A DNA stretch of 64,000 bases from positions 186,001 to 250,000 of the forward strand of contig MCFH01000068.1 of assembly GCA_002104945.1 (NCBI GenBank), given 5' to 3'. Both the position numbers and the translations under genes were made by a program. Numbering within the stretch: position 1 is the first letter of the stretch; the number at the start of each line of letters is the position of its first letter. The notes under the pieces were generated by a model. The model ran no database searches. It saw nothing but the letters and a program-made list of their open reading frames with translations, and was not told the DNA's origin. The stretch is from Piromyces finnis finn. Lineage: Eukaryota; Fungi; Neocallimastigomycota. Positions 1 to 13,900 of the stretch are shown here, piece by piece.

Positions 1-279
1 CCTAACTTCTTTGTTATTTTAATATTTTTTCAAAAATAATAAATAAAATTTAATTTTATTTATTAAAAGTAGAAAACGTTTTATTAGAAAATGAATTTTT
101 TCTTTATTATTAAATTAAGCGTCCTGGCGCTCCCCTTATAATAACTGTGGGTTTTACTTTTGTTTTCAGTACCCTTATTGTTAAAATAAGCTTCACTGAC
201 TTACTTAATTTTTTAATAAATTAAAAATTCTTCCTTTTTTAAACACTAAGGTGTTATTATATATTTTAGGAGTTTTTAT
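1..279 (-). mobile_element. 5' leader (PBS and downstream) of family-B LTR retrotransposon; element continues off the left edge
   Basis: Directly follows LTR 280-688 on the minus strand. Its first 10 nt (ATAAAAACTC) are complementary to LTR positions 430-439, and leader 241-257 pairs with LTR 378-394. Confidence 0.7.
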
Positions 280-688
280 TGTAAAGAACTAATGTTCAAT
301 AAATAAAAACACAAATATATAAAAAGGAAAATAATAAAAGCAAATAAAAATTTTATTATTGAACACTTAACAAAATTATAACAGGTTAGTGTTTAATAAT
401 TTTATTTTTATTATAAAATTTCTTTGTTAATAAAAACTCGAATTCCCAATAATTTTTTGAGAAATTTCACTCGTATTTATATAAATGTTTTTAAAAGTAA
501 ATTTATAAAAATTTTACAACTTAATTTTTTAAGCCAATCAGAAATTATCTTCTTTGGTAAAATTTCGTTATAAAATATTTTAATAATTAAAAAAAAGATA
601 TTAATGAGGTTTCGAACTCGAGTAGTTCAAACCAAGGTCTTAGTTACTAACCACTAAGACAGGTTACTAATTTCTATGATTCGTTACA
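280..688 (-). mobile_element. Family-B LTR (409 bp), 5' LTR of an element inserted into the integrase remnant of element A
   Basis: TGTAA...TTACA termini. Close reverse-complement match to 17002-17406. It cuts the A integrase frame at ...ETTVAF. Confidence 0.85.
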
Positions 689-1550
689 AAGGCGACTGTT
701 GTTTCCGTAGCTGAAGGAACTGATTTGAATGGGATGAAATGAGACATTTTAGTATGCCGATCGATAACAACAAAGATACAAGTAAAACCATTAGAGCAGG
801 GAAGATCAGTAATAAAATCCATTGCGATGGAGGACCATGGTTTGTCAGCAATACTGAGAGGCTGTAGAAGCAAAGGTTGTATCGTTTCCTTTTTTCTTTT
901 TCTTCTTTTGTAAGTGGACCATGAAACTTTCCTTTATGCCCGATAGTAGACACTTTACGGATAGTATCTTTTGAAAAATCCTTATTAGAACTTTGGCGAG
1001 TGGAACTATTTAAGTACTGTTTGGACGCAGAGATTCGAGAGTCTATTCTGGAGGAGATCGTTTGAAGAGCGAGTAAAGTTTTAGGCCCTGGAAACATCTC
1101 TAAAATTCTAGAAGCAACTTGATCATTAAGTCCGGCTATGAAGGCATCCATTTTTGCCTCCTCATTCCAGTTAGATTCTCCAGAGTATCGGTTAAACTCG
1201 AGAATATATTCTCTAATTTCACCAATACGTTTTTGTTTTAAGGTTCTAAGTTTTTGGTTTGCACAGAAAACAATATCTTCGCATCCATAAAAAGCTTCCA
1301 TTCTATTTATAAAGGCGGTGTAGTCTCCTAAGCATGGGTCGTGGTTATCAATTATTGTTGCTACCCAATTCATGGCATCACCGTATAATCTTGAGATTAG
1401 GTAGACTATTTTAGCCTCATCACTATTGTATCTATCAGGATAAAGCATGAAAATAAGTTCAAGTTTCGCCAAAAAGCCTTTGAGGTATCTACTGTCACCA
1501 GCAAATCCATCCTTGAGGGTGGCATCGTCGTAGTTACTTTGATGATTCAT
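689..1550 (-). pseudogene. gag: Element A: Ty3/Gypsy gag joined directly to an integrase-core fragment (internal deletion derivative)
   Basis: Retrotransposon gag motifs (FLAKLELIF...AKIVYLISRLYGDAMNW; WNEEAKMDAFIAGL). The zinc knuckle stops at LCFY and the sequence runs straight into LLQPLSIADKPWSSIAMDFITDLP...VVIDRHTKM. Confidence 0.85.
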
Positions 1551-1644
1551 CTTCTTTTTCTTAAAAGATATTAAAATGAGCCGTTAAGTTCTATAATTCA
1601 ATAATTATTCAGATTAATCCAAGAGTATTTCTAAGAGTAGACAG

Positions 1645-1745
1645 AGAATAACCAAAAGTAAACAAAGAGTGCCAAGGAGTAAACAAAGAGTATCCAAAAG
1701 TAAACAAAGAGTATCAAGAGTAAACAAAGAATAACCAAAAGTAAA
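1645..1745. repeat. Imperfect ~22-bp tandem repeat (AGTAAACAAAGAGTATCCAAA-like, ~5 copies) in the leader of element A
   Basis: Repeated AGTAAACAAAGA cores upstream of gag. Confidence 0.7.
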
Positions 1746-1749
1746 TATA

Positions 1750-2354
1750 AATCATTCACCCAAAAGGATATAAATTATTGTTTTAATTAAATTAAAATTA
1801 TTTTCCGGAATTAATTAACTTTATTTTATAATAATTATTTCAATAACATAACTTATAATCTTTGAATTAAAAGATTATAATTACTAATATTATATTCATT
1901 GAATTATATTATAATTAAGAAATAATTAATATTATGAATATATAAACAATAGTTATTTTTAATAATTAGTAATAAGTCTTAAGTTTAGCCTTAGTATTAA
2001 AAAATATATTATGAATATAATCATGTACTAAAAAGTTATTTTATTATTATATGTAAAATTACAATTAGTATAAATAGTTTAGAATAGTTTATGAATTAAA
2101 TCTTTGTAAAGATTATTACCTTATTAATACTTAACAAGTATTACTATTAAATAATCTTATTATTATATATATTCTTTAAATAAAATAAAAAAAAGAAATT
2201 ATTTTAACTATAATACATAATTTAATTATTACTATTCATTTATAAAACAATTAAGATTATTTTAATAAAACATTTTTTCTAACCTAGTTATCTTTAATCT
2301 TTTATTTAATTTAATATTTTAATATTAAATTATAAGTTTAGTAAAACTTTTACA
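1750..2354 (-). mobile_element. Probable 5' LTR region of element A
   Basis: ...CTTTTACA terminus at 2354 interrupts a D-family LTR. Segment ~1750-1870 recurs at ~36835-36950. Inner boundary not resolved. Confidence 0.4.
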
Positions 2355-3153
2355 AATACGTATTTAAAATAATGTATAATGTATTAAATTAATGTACCGT
2401 AAATTTTTATAAAATTTATATCGCAATACATTAACATAAATTTATGTAAATTTTATTTTAAATTACAAAAATTTATATCACAATACATTAACATAAATTT
2501 ATGTAAAATTTAATTTTATGATAAGATAAAGTTTTTGATGATAAAATAAAATTTTAAATTAAATAATTTTTAACCAATAAATACTTTAGATAATAAAAAA
2601 TTTTTTTTATAAACTAAGCCTCAAAATTAGAAATAAATAAATTAAATATATGTTTGAAATATAATCAATCATATAGTAAATAAATCAAAACTTTATTTTA
2701 AGTTTAGTAAATAAATTGAATTTAAATAGTTTAATAAAAATAATTTCTTTTAATAAATGTATAAATGTAAACAATGTAAAATTATAATATTAAAACATGT
2801 ATATTAGAATATATTCAATTTATTTAAAAAGTACAAATAAAGAAAATTTTTCTACTATTGAAACGATAGTTGGAAAATCGTATAGGTTAATTTTGTTTAG
2901 ATAAATTAACATTAGTTTATAATTAGTTTATATAGTTTAGTTAATTTAGTTTTTAATAATAAAAGAATTATTTATTGATTACCTAGTGAGGGCTCTGGTA
3001 AAATATCCTTCACGGTAAAGTAATCAACGGTTGTTTAGTTAGTATAGTTTTAAAAATAAATAAATAAATAAATAAAAATTATTATTAAAAATAATTAGTT
3101 TAATTGTTAGTTTAGTGTTGTATACAAACCTGAACTAGTTAGTTTATTTTACA
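2355..3153 (+). mobile_element. D-family solo LTR missing its first ~32 bp
   Basis: Colinear with 16168-16992 from AATACGTATTT onward, and ends in TTTTACA. Confidence 0.85.
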
Positions 3154-3593
3154 AATATAATATTATCTTAATTCTATATTTTACTATAGAAAGTGATAAT
3201 ATTTGTATCTAAAAAAAATAAGAAAATAAAATAAATGATTTTTATACTTGTTCATTTGCAAGTATTACTTAATTTTTAAAAATATAAAGTTTATTATATT
3301 TAATTATAAAATTATAATATTATTTAATAACTCTCGTATTATTATATAATTAATAATTAATACATCTTGTATGTATCATAGAAGTTATATAAAAAAAAAA
3401 TATTGTTTTATTGAAATAAATATCTAATTTTTCTCTCTTGGATAATTAGTAACCATTTATTAAATTTAATATAATATATCTAATTTTACTGGATTATTAG
3501 GAACAATTTTAAAAAGAACATTTTCCTATTACTATTTATACAAAATTATTATTTTAAAGTATAACTATAAACAAATATAAACTATTTAATTTA

Positions 3594-3624
<31 letters not shown>

Positions 3625-4547
3625 TTTGCATTTATAATTTTTAGTTTAATAATTTTATACATGTTAAATAATTTAATTTTTATCTGTATTTTAATTATTG
3701 TTATTATTATTATTATTATTAATTTATAATTTATAAATTTAATTATTTATCAGTATTCGTGTAAGAATTAATAATTATTTATTGAATAATTATTAATTCT
3801 TATTTAATTATTTTTCTAATTATTAAATTAATTAATTATTTAAATTATTAGCATACATTCATTTAAATTACTATAAATATTTATTTATATTAATATTAAT
3901 TATTCCTTTACTTAATTTAAAATTTATTTAATTATTATATTAATTAATTATTTATTTAATTTAGTAATTTATTTAAAATAATAGTAAACATTCATTTATT
4001 TTATTTATTAATAATTTTTGTATTACATTTTATAAGAAACATGTATTTTATTTTACGTTTATATTTATGTGTATGTATCGTATCTTGAAATAGCTTATAG
4101 AAACAACTAGAAGATATAAATTCATATTAGGACAATCGGATATTAAGGTTTTTCCGAATTTTAATCGGTTTTACTTAATATTACGATGATTGATATATTA
4201 GTTATCAATCGAATATCTTTTTAGGTTTTTCTTCTAGTCTTTTCCTAAAAAGATTATTTGTTAAGAATAGAAATTATTTATTAAACTTTAAATTATTAAA
4301 AAATTATAAATAAAAGAACTCTGGAATTCCACTAAAAAATCCAGAGTTATTATTATAAGAACTATTATAATAAATAACCTTTATTAAAAAACAATATTAA
4401 TAAAACATTTTAAATTAAATAATATTAAAGTTTTGTGTTGTTTATTATATTTCCTTATAATAAACTCTTATTACGATAAGTATAAAATTTTATTTTAACT
4501 TCTCAGTTTAATAATATTAATTATTATTAAATTATAGATAATAATTA

Positions 4548-5161
4548 TGTAAAGATATCAAATGCCTCAACTTGATATCTTTAATGTAACTTAAGCCACA
4601 AGTATTATTGTTTAAGTTACACAAATTATATTCAGAAAAAGAAAATGAGACATAATTTATTTATTAATAATTAAAGTTTAAAACAAAATAAATTATTAAT
4701 ATATTTTTAATGTTTAACAAGTAAATTAAAATTCTCAATTTAAATCCCTAGTTTTAGTATTGTTTTTTCATAGAAATAGATAAATAATATATAAATAATA
4801 AATGATTAATATATCAATAATACATGAGCACATATTCAAATTGAATAGTACTTATTTTGAATTGCCAATTGTATTTTACTAAAAATAGTTATAGTTTAAA
4901 TATTTATTAATAATTAAGATTTTAGTGTAAATTTTAAATAATAATATATAAGAAATAAATAGTTATAATATAATATAAATGTACTTAGGAAAAATATAAA
5001 TAGAAGATATTTTTCATCATTTTATCGATGTAATTGCTATTAATAAAATTTCTATTATAATAAAAGATATTTTTAATAAAACAATTTTTATTTTATTTTA
5101 AATTTAGTGTTATTGTAATAGAATAGATATCCTAATCTATTCTTTCTGTGTCGGCATTACA
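4548..5161 (+). mobile_element. F-family solo LTR, TSD AATTA
   Basis: Reverse complement of 38496-39099. AATTA at 4543-4547 and 5162-5166. Confidence 0.9.
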
Positions 5162-5209
5162 AATTATTATTATATAATATATATAACAATAATTATTACA
5201 ATTCGTTAC
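5162..5209 (-). mobile_element. 5' tip of another LTR-like element (T) starting TGTAACGAAT; remainder probably left of 4543
   Basis: ...ATTCGTTACA terminus abuts the G integrase fragment. Same start motif as the B and G LTRs. Other end not found. Confidence 0.5.
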
Positions 5210-7311
5210 ACAGAGGTAAACAATTTACCTCTATGTTTTGGAATGCTGTTTGCCACACTTTCAATATTTCTTTGTTATTTTCTTCGCCGTTCCACCATCA
5301 AACAAACGGCCAGACGGAGAGGGTAAACTCCGTTGTCGAACAATATCTTAGATGCTATTTAAATATCAAAGGTAACAACTAGTCGAAGTTCCTTAGTTTA
5401 GCAGAATTTAGCTACAATAATGCTATTCAAGAATCTGCTAAATCATCCCCCTTCTGTAATGGCGACACAGAAAGAATAGATTAGGATATCTATTCTATTA
5501 CAATAACACAAAATTTGAAAAATAAAATAAAAAATTGTTTTATAAAATATCTTTTATTATAATAGAATTTTAATAATAACAATTACATCGATAAAATGAT
5601 GAAAAATATCTTCTATTTATATTTTTCCTAAATACATTTATATTATATTATAACTATTTATTTCTTATATATTATTATTTAAAATCTACACTAAAATCTT
5701 AATTATTAATAAATATTTAAACTATAACTATTTTTAGTAAAATACAATTGGCAATTCAAATTAAGTACTATTTAATTTGAATATGTGCCCATGTATTATT
5801 GATATATTAATCATTTATTATTTATCTATTTCTATAAAAAAAACAATACTAAAACTAGGGATTTAAATTGAGAATATTAATTTATATGTTAAACATTAAA
5901 AATAAATTAATAATTTATTTTGTTTTAAACTTTAATTATTAATAAATAAATTATGTCTCATTTTCTTTTTCTGAATATAATTTGTGTAACTTAAACAATA
6001 ATACTTGTGGCTTAAGTTACATTAAAGATATCAAACAGAGGCGTTTGATATCTTTACACCTTCTTCTTAAATTATGGTTTTAATCCTAGACATTCACAAG
6101 CCATTCCAGACAACATCAATGTTCCTAGGGCCCAAGAATATATTATGGACTATAACAAAATAATTAATAGTTTGAAAGAAAACTTCAAGAAAGCCTCCGA
6201 ATCTCAAAAGAAATTTGCTGACAAATATAGAAACAATCCTCCAGAATTCCATTCTGGTGATAAAGTGTGGATCGATAGTTCCCTAGTTGTAAGAAAAGGA
6301 TCCAAGAAGCTCAATCAAAAAAAACTCGGACCATTTATAATAGAAGAAAAGATCTTGCCTGTTTCGTTTAAGTTGAAATTACCAAAAAATCTTAGAATAC
6401 ACTCAGTCATTCATGTTTCCAACCTAGAACCTTACATTGAAGAAAACAACCTCCTCCTCCTCCCATAGTAATAGATAATCAAGATGAATATGAAGTAGAT
6501 GAAAATCTCGACAAGAGAATTCACTATGGTAAAGTACAATATTTAATTAAATGGAATGGCTATCCACTTTCGGAAGACTCATGGGAGCCGGAAACCAACT
6601 TAAAAAATTGTCCTGACTTATTAAAATCCTTTAATGAACATTTGTTAATAACAAACTTAATTTTCTATTTATACTTAAAAAATAATAATAATAATAATAA
6701 TAATAATATAGAGAGAAGAAAGTTATTTGCTTTTGGATATTTGTTTAGTTGTATAGTAAAATTTTATTTAATTAATTATCATTTTGTTTCTATTTATTTT
6801 GTTTTTTGTTTTTATTTCTGTTTTGATTTTAGTGTTAATAAGATTCGTCTGGTATCCGAATCCTAGAGGAGGGCCATGTAACGAATCTGTTTATTATTAA
6901 ATTTAGAAATTTGTCCTAGTCGTAGAGTACTAAGACTATGAATCAAACTATCATAGGTTTGATTTATACTGTTTCCAACAAAATTAATTATTAATTGTTC
7001 TACATACTTAATGTTTCATTATTTTTCTTAGATTTTATTACTTAAATTATTTAATCAAATCAAATTTAAGATTTAGAATTATATATTTTTTGATTGGATT
7101 GTGTAAATATTGAAAAAATATAAATAGATGTAAAATTAAAAAATATATAAAATTTTTCTTTTGTGTTTTTATTAACAAACAAAATTAATAAAAAGAAAAA
7201 AATAAAATCAACAAAATATATTTTTTCTAAATAAATTATTTTCTTGGGTGTAAACCTGTTAAATCAACAAAGCTTCTTAATTAATAAAAAATTAAATTAA
7301 GAAGCGTTACA
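5210..7311 (+). mobile_element. Element G: 3' part of a chromovirus (integrase core, GPY/F, chromodomain, PPT, 3' LTR 6877-7311)
   Basis: RGKQFTS...QTERVNSVVEQYLRC; KLGPF...HSVIHVSNLEPY; YEVDE..D.R....VQYLIKWNGY..SEDSWEP; PPT AGAGGAGGG before TGTAACG. Confidence 0.85.
5455..6058 (-). mobile_element. F-family solo LTR inside the G integrase, TSD CCTTC
   Basis: Matches 38496-39099. CCTTC at 5450-5454 and 6059-6063. Confidence 0.92.
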
Positions 7312-9923
7312 TAAAGTAAATAATAATGTTAATAATAATAGTAATAATAATGGTAATAATGTTAATTATAGTAAAAACTATAATAGTATGAATAATGGTG
7401 CTAGTACACAATATTCTAATATATCAAATCCTAATAATAATACAAGATCAACTACTAGCATTAATAATCAAAATGATGAAATGAATGATTTGATTAACGG
7501 AATGCAGAACTTATACATAAAGACCTATTATTTCTGCCATGAACCAGGTCATATTGCCAGATTTTGCCCACACATGAACTCTACATATTATACAAAAAAC
7601 TAGGTTATGGAAGAGGGCAAACTTCCGTTAATCAAACTGCCAACACTAATAATAACTATTACTATAATAATAATAATATAATGAATCCCGATGTTACAGC
7701 AACTACTTATTCACCTAATTATGAAGCTATTGTTGCTCCAGCTAAAAGACATCGAGATGAAAAATTAATAGCTAAAAATCCATATTCCAGAATTCCTAAT
7801 ACAGAAAGAGAAAAGAATAATTTTAAAAATATTAATACTAATATTAACACTAATAATAACATTAATAATATGAATAAAACTAATTTAAATAATAATATAA
7901 ATAATAACAATTTTAATAGTATGAATAGTAATACTACAAATGAAAATAATTTTAACAATAATATTAGTAATAATTTTGATGATATCAATAATAATAATTT
8001 TAATACATTATTACTAGAATAATACTAATAATTCTAGTAATAATTTTAACAATAATAATTTAAATAATAATGATAATAATAATATTAATGATAATTCAAT
8101 TGATAAGAATAATAAAACCAAGAAAGTAAATTTTAAATTAGAAAATGAAGATAAATCAAAGAAAAATAAGACTACCAGTTTAAATACCGATATAGATATG
8201 AAAGAAGCTAATAAGGTAAAGAAAACGTGTCTAAATGAAGAATCCACTTTGGAAAATATATTACCTAGTGATAATTCTAATAGTATAAAAACAAAAACTT
8301 CAATCCAAATGCTAAAAGATTCAGAGGAATATAATATATGTACCGATTTATTAAATACTCTAGCTAATATTACTTTTGGACAACTTTTAGGTGTTAGTAA
8401 AACGTCCAAAGCTGAATTAATTAAAGGATTAAAGAATTTAAAGTTGGATAATATTATTATTAGTACCACTGAAGTTGATGAAAATAATAATAATTTGTAT
8501 AAATTAAATAATAATTTCATTAATATCGATGGAAGAACTAAAGTAAATGATCATGATGTTGCAGTTGTTCATGGTACAATCAATTCCTATTCAGCAGCTA
8601 TATTTATTGATGCATGTAGTAATACAAATTTAATTACGCTCTCCTTTTAGATAATAAAATTAAAGATTTTGAAATTGTAGGACAAATTAGAGGAAGAATA
8701 AGACAAGCAATGGTTGATGATGTTGCTAGAGTATATGATCTAGTGAAACTTCATGTAAAAATAGGCAAAATTGAATTTGATTCTATATTCAGAATATCAG
8801 ATAAAAACGATTCATTTTATGATGCTATTATTGAATTTAAAACACAAAATGAAAATCGCATTATGATTGATACCGTTGATAAAACATTAGTTTTGAAATA
8901 TTCTGATAATAAATTTATTCCTATTGTTGATGTTGAAGATATTTCTATATTTCAATCCCAAGCTCTTTCTTGCTATTCCAATGATGTAGAAGATATTTAT
9001 TTTGATTACGAAGATATAACCGCTAGTACTATTTTAGCTGTAGTTGAAGAAAATAGACCTAACAAAATAGAAAATAATAATAATAATAAAATGGATATTA
9101 TGAATAATATAATTTCTAATATCAAAGTTGATAACGATGTTGATAAAAATTTATTTAGTTCTCTTCTTTCTCTTCTTAAAAATTTTAATGATGTTATTGC
9201 TGTATCTTCTGATGATTTGGAACCATCAAATTTGTTACCACACCACATTACTTTGGAGGATAATGTGCGCCCTATTAAACAAAAAGCTTATAATATTTCA
9301 CAAGTTCAATTATCAGGTTTAAAGAAGAATTAGAAAAACTAATTAATAAAGGTTTAATTGAACCGTCTCATTCTCCGTGGGCTTCTCCAGTGGTTATGGT
9401 TAAGAAGAAAAATGGAAAATGGCGCCTTTGCATTGATTTTAGAAAATTAAATAATGTAACTGTTAAAGATGCATACACCCTACCTAAAATCAAAGAAATT
9501 TTTGATTCACTTAAAGACTCAAAAATCTTTTCGACAATTGATTTATTTAGTGGATATCATCAAATTCCTATGTTCAAAGAAGATATGGATAAAACTTCTT
9601 TTACCACGAAATTTGGTAACTATTATTTTAAAGTTATGCCTTTTGGTTTAACTAATGCTCCTGCCACTTTTCAGCGCGAAATGAATCGTATCTTTTTCGA
9701 TTTAATTAATGAATGTGTTCAAATATATTCAGATGATATTATCATTTATTCTTCTAGTTTTGAAGATCATATTAATGATTTAAGAAAAGTTTTTACTATT
9801 TTACGTAATAACAAATTAAAGTTAAATATTGAGAAATGTTCTTTTTGTCAACTTGAAATAGAGGTTTTAGGTCATCGGGTTACTATTGATGGTTTACTTC
9901 CTTTGGAAAAAAAAGTCGCATCT

Positions 9924-10927
9924 TGTTAAGTTTTTGGATTTGGTTATGCGGCCAGGTCAGAATGTTATCAATTATATAGTAAATATGTTTTTTAAGAAAT
10001 TAAATTTAAATATAAAATAACCCTTTAAACTTCCAAATGAAAAATTAATATTTATTCTTTAGAATAACTTTTTTATAAAATTTTATTTATTTATTAATAA
10101 TAATATAAATGATAATATATTTAATAACTATATAATTAAGTTTATAACTATAATCTTTACAAAGAATTAAAATCAAATTCAATTCATTCTATTTTATATT
10201 CTTTGTTCAGATTATTAAATTGATAAAAATAAAGTATTACATGTAATATATTAATAATATAATTAGATAAATAATAAGATTGTTTGTTTGTTTGTTTGTT
10301 TTGTCATGACATAAAATAAAATAAACATATGATTAATCATTTAAACACTTGATCCATTAACCTATTTTATAATAATTAAAATTATTTAATTTATAAATGT
10401 TAACTGTTACACCTAAATGGTTTAGTTCTATTTTTAGTAACAGTCACTATCATTAATTAAATTAATATAATTAAAATTTCCATTGATATCTTTTTAATTT
10501 TCGTCAAGTCATAAGAAATGTCTATGATCCATACTTGATATCATATTAATTTTAATTTACTTATTAAAATCTTCAAATGATCATATCTTTCTTAAATGAC
10601 CAGTTAGAAGAACCGCGATTGTACCAAAATGTAGCCTTTTCCTTAAGCTTTCTAATAAACCTGGTTTCACAGCCGTATCACTTACAACCGTAGCGATCGT
10701 TTTTGGCGAGTTACGCCTTGTTTCGTGTTTGTTTATTTTTGGCTAAGGGTTATAGTGTATTGATATTAAAATTTTGAAATCATAACCCTTTCACTGAATC
10801 AGAATTTAAAAGGTGACTTTTAAAGGTGTTTTAAAATAATCATTGAAATTATTTAATTATAATTATTATGTTTAATTAATTATAGATATTATCTGAATTT
10901 GTTTTAAATCCAGTTAATATCTTCACA
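9924..10927 (+). mobile_element. Family-X ~1-kb solo-LTR-like element, TSD CATCT
   Basis: TGTTAA...TTCACA termini. CATCT at 9919-9923 and 10928-10932. Other copies at 38224-45586 (-) and 46861-47865 (+). Confidence 0.88.
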
Positions 10928-10968
10928 CATCTATTAAAGAAATGAACCCACCACGAGATATCTCTGAA

Positions 10969-13900
10969 TGTAAAATATTCTAAACTAAGTTCAGGTTTGT
11001 ATACACTCAATATTCTAAACTACACTTTAAATTATTTTTAATTTTTTATATTTTATTTATTAAACTATTTTAAAATAACTAAACTAAAACAACCGTTGAT
11101 TACTTTACCGTGAAGGATATTTTACCAGAGCCCTCACTAGGTAATCAATTTATATTTATTTAAAACTAAAATTATTAATCTAAACTATAAACTAATTATA
11201 AACTAATGTTAATTTATCTAAATAAAATTAACCTATACAATTTTCCAACTTATTAGAATAGAAAGTTCACCTTTGTATACGAATAGTAATAGAAAAAAAA
11301 ATTAATAATTAATTATAGTGAGAATTTAATAATAGAATTAAATTCGGGGATTATATAAAAAATATTAATATTAAAAAAAAAAAAAAAAAAAAAAAAGGAA
11401 AATTTTTTTTTTTTAGAAATTAATTTTAGTTAATTTCGGGGTATTTTAAAATTATTTGGTATAGAATAATTTGTTGTTAAAATAGTTTAATAGTTAATAA
11501 TTAATAAATAGTAATAATATAAAAATACTAGTTTAGTTAATAATATATAATACATTATTTGGTTTTAGTTATTAATAAGAAAGTTTAAAATAAGTATAGA
11601 AAATAAAGTTGAGTAAATTAAATAATTGGGATATTAAATATTGGTTGACTATTTGTTGTTTATTAAGTAGTAATATGAATACTAGATATAGAATGTTAGA
11701 CAACCGTGACGATGGAATAGCTGGAGTCATTGACGCAGGCTCTGAGGCGAGTTCCATGATGGATATTGAGGATGAGACTGGTAAAAGCGTTAACACCAGG
11801 GGAAAACTCATCCCAAAACCTCCAAGATTTTCGGAAAAAGAAGTGAACTTCTTTACTTCCTGGCAAGATTGGAGAAATACTTTAAATATAACTTGGAAGA
11901 AGATGCTACCGACGCCTACAAGCTGGATATCTTGGGATGCTACCTGGAAGGAACCGCCGCCGAATGGTTTGCCGACTTAGAAAGAGAAGAAAGCCCCCTG
12001 TTGAACTCTTACGAAGATTTTATTGAGGCAATGAAGGCTCGCTACAAGACTTGCAACAGCGCCGATGTAGCTAACAGTCGGTTGGTGAAGATAAAAGCAG
12101 GACAATTAAGGAACGTAATGGACTACTGTGAAGCTTTTGAGAAGATGGCCAGGGATTCGTCATTTAATGATGAAGCTAAGATCTACTTCTTTATGGAAGG
12201 ACTACCAACATCCGTCAAGGACAAAGCAAGGCTACTATATCCAAAAATTAGAAAACTTACCGAATTGATCAATGTGGTTGCCGCTAATGTCGAAGTTGAA
12301 TGGAAAACTTATGGAAAAGAAAGTTAGAAGATATAATAGACACTTAGGAACTAACAGATATGCTTCTTATGGAACCAAGTATAATAACTATGTGGATCAA
12401 GAAGACTACCAAAATTCGACCAAACCAAGAAAATGCTTTTTCTGCAAAAGAACAGGACACTTGAAGAAAGATTGTCCTCAACTTAAGGACAAAATAATAA
12501 ATCGACCAAAAGCATTTATGGCTACTACCGCTGGAAGAAGGATGTTGAATGTTTATGACATCGTGCTACAAGTCAATAATGGTGCTTATCTTAAGGCTCT
12601 TGTGGATTCTGGTTCGGACTTGGACTTTTTGGATTGGAAGGCCGTTGATAAGTACAAGATTCCATTCCAAAGAATGTTTAAGGATAAATATGTTGAAGGT
12701 ATAGGTGGTAATGGATTTTTGAAGTATGAAACAATTCCTTTGATAATGAATATCAAGAATCATAAGGAATCCATTCAATTCTACCTTACCGATCTTCCTT
12801 CTGGTATTTCTATTATTTTGGGCAAGAATTGGTTAAGAAAACATGATCCTACAATTAGCTTCAAGGATCAAACTCTAGAATTTAAGTCCAAATTCTGTTC
12901 TTTAAATTGCTGTGCTACTCCAGAAGAAATGGAAAAAAGAAGCAAAGAAGAAGAATTGTCCAAGGAAGAAGAAAGAAGAAAAGAGAAGGAACTAGTACAG
13001 GAAATACTCAATAATTATAAAAATAGTTTAAAAATTAGAGATAGTGAAATTAAGAACAAAGAAAATATAAAAATTATAGATAAAAATAAGAATTCATGTA
13101 TTAAAAAGAAATGTAGTAAAAACTTAAAATTAAATAAAAAGAATGTTCAAAAGTATATTGTATGTAGTGTTATTTCAAATGAAGAAAATAAAGGTGAAGA
13201 TGTTGAAGAAAGTGTTGTAGAAATTCCTGATGTATATAAGGAATTTGAAAATGTATTTGATGAAGTTGAGTGTAATGAACTACCTCCACATCGAATATAC
13301 GATTGTAAAATAAGATTGAAAGATAAAGATAACTTATTTTATGGTCCGTTATACCCTTTGACAGAAGAAGAAAGGAATACGTTAAAGGAGTATATTTCTG
13401 AAAATTTAGAAAAAGGATTTATTAGACCGTCTACTTCACCTGCTGGAGCACCTGTGTTGTTCGTTAGGAAAAAGGATGGGACTTTAAGATTGTGTGTTGA
13501 CTACCGAAGACTCAATGAAAACACAATTAGGGATTCATATCCACTACCTCTCATATCTGAATTATTCGATAGATTAAGAGAAGCCAAAGTTTTTACTAAA
13601 CTTGATCTCAAGTCTGCTTATAATCTAGTTCGAATAAATGAAGGTGATGAATATAAGACTGCATTTAGGACAAGATTTGGTCACTTTGAATATCTTGTCA
13701 TGCCGTTTGGATTAAAAAACGCTCCTGCAACTTTCCAACATTTTATCAATGATGTTCTCGGGGAATACTTGGATGAATTCGCCTTTTCTTATATTGATGA
13801 TATTCTTATCTATTCGAAAAACTTGGAAGAACACCGAAAGCATGTAAAGAAAGTTCTTCAAAGATTAAAAGAAAATGGTCTTTATGCGAAACTTAGCAAA

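Noticed and set aside
610-660. Functional tRNA genes at the A/B-box cassettes (also 17030, 32453, 36511, 37380, 48654)
   Set aside because: No acceptor stem or canonical anticodon loop can be formed, and all lie inside mobile elements.
7719-8520. Hydrophobic Leu/Ile-rich ORFs (7719-7988, 8014-8520, 9006-9248, 17932-18276, 49038-49767, 50265-50477, 63769-63981)
   Set aside because: These are antisense or alternative-frame translations of (AAT)n Asn-coding tracts.
11800-12340. Programmed frameshifts in D gag
   Set aside because: Sister element E reads through as one ORF, and the D breaks align with small deletions.
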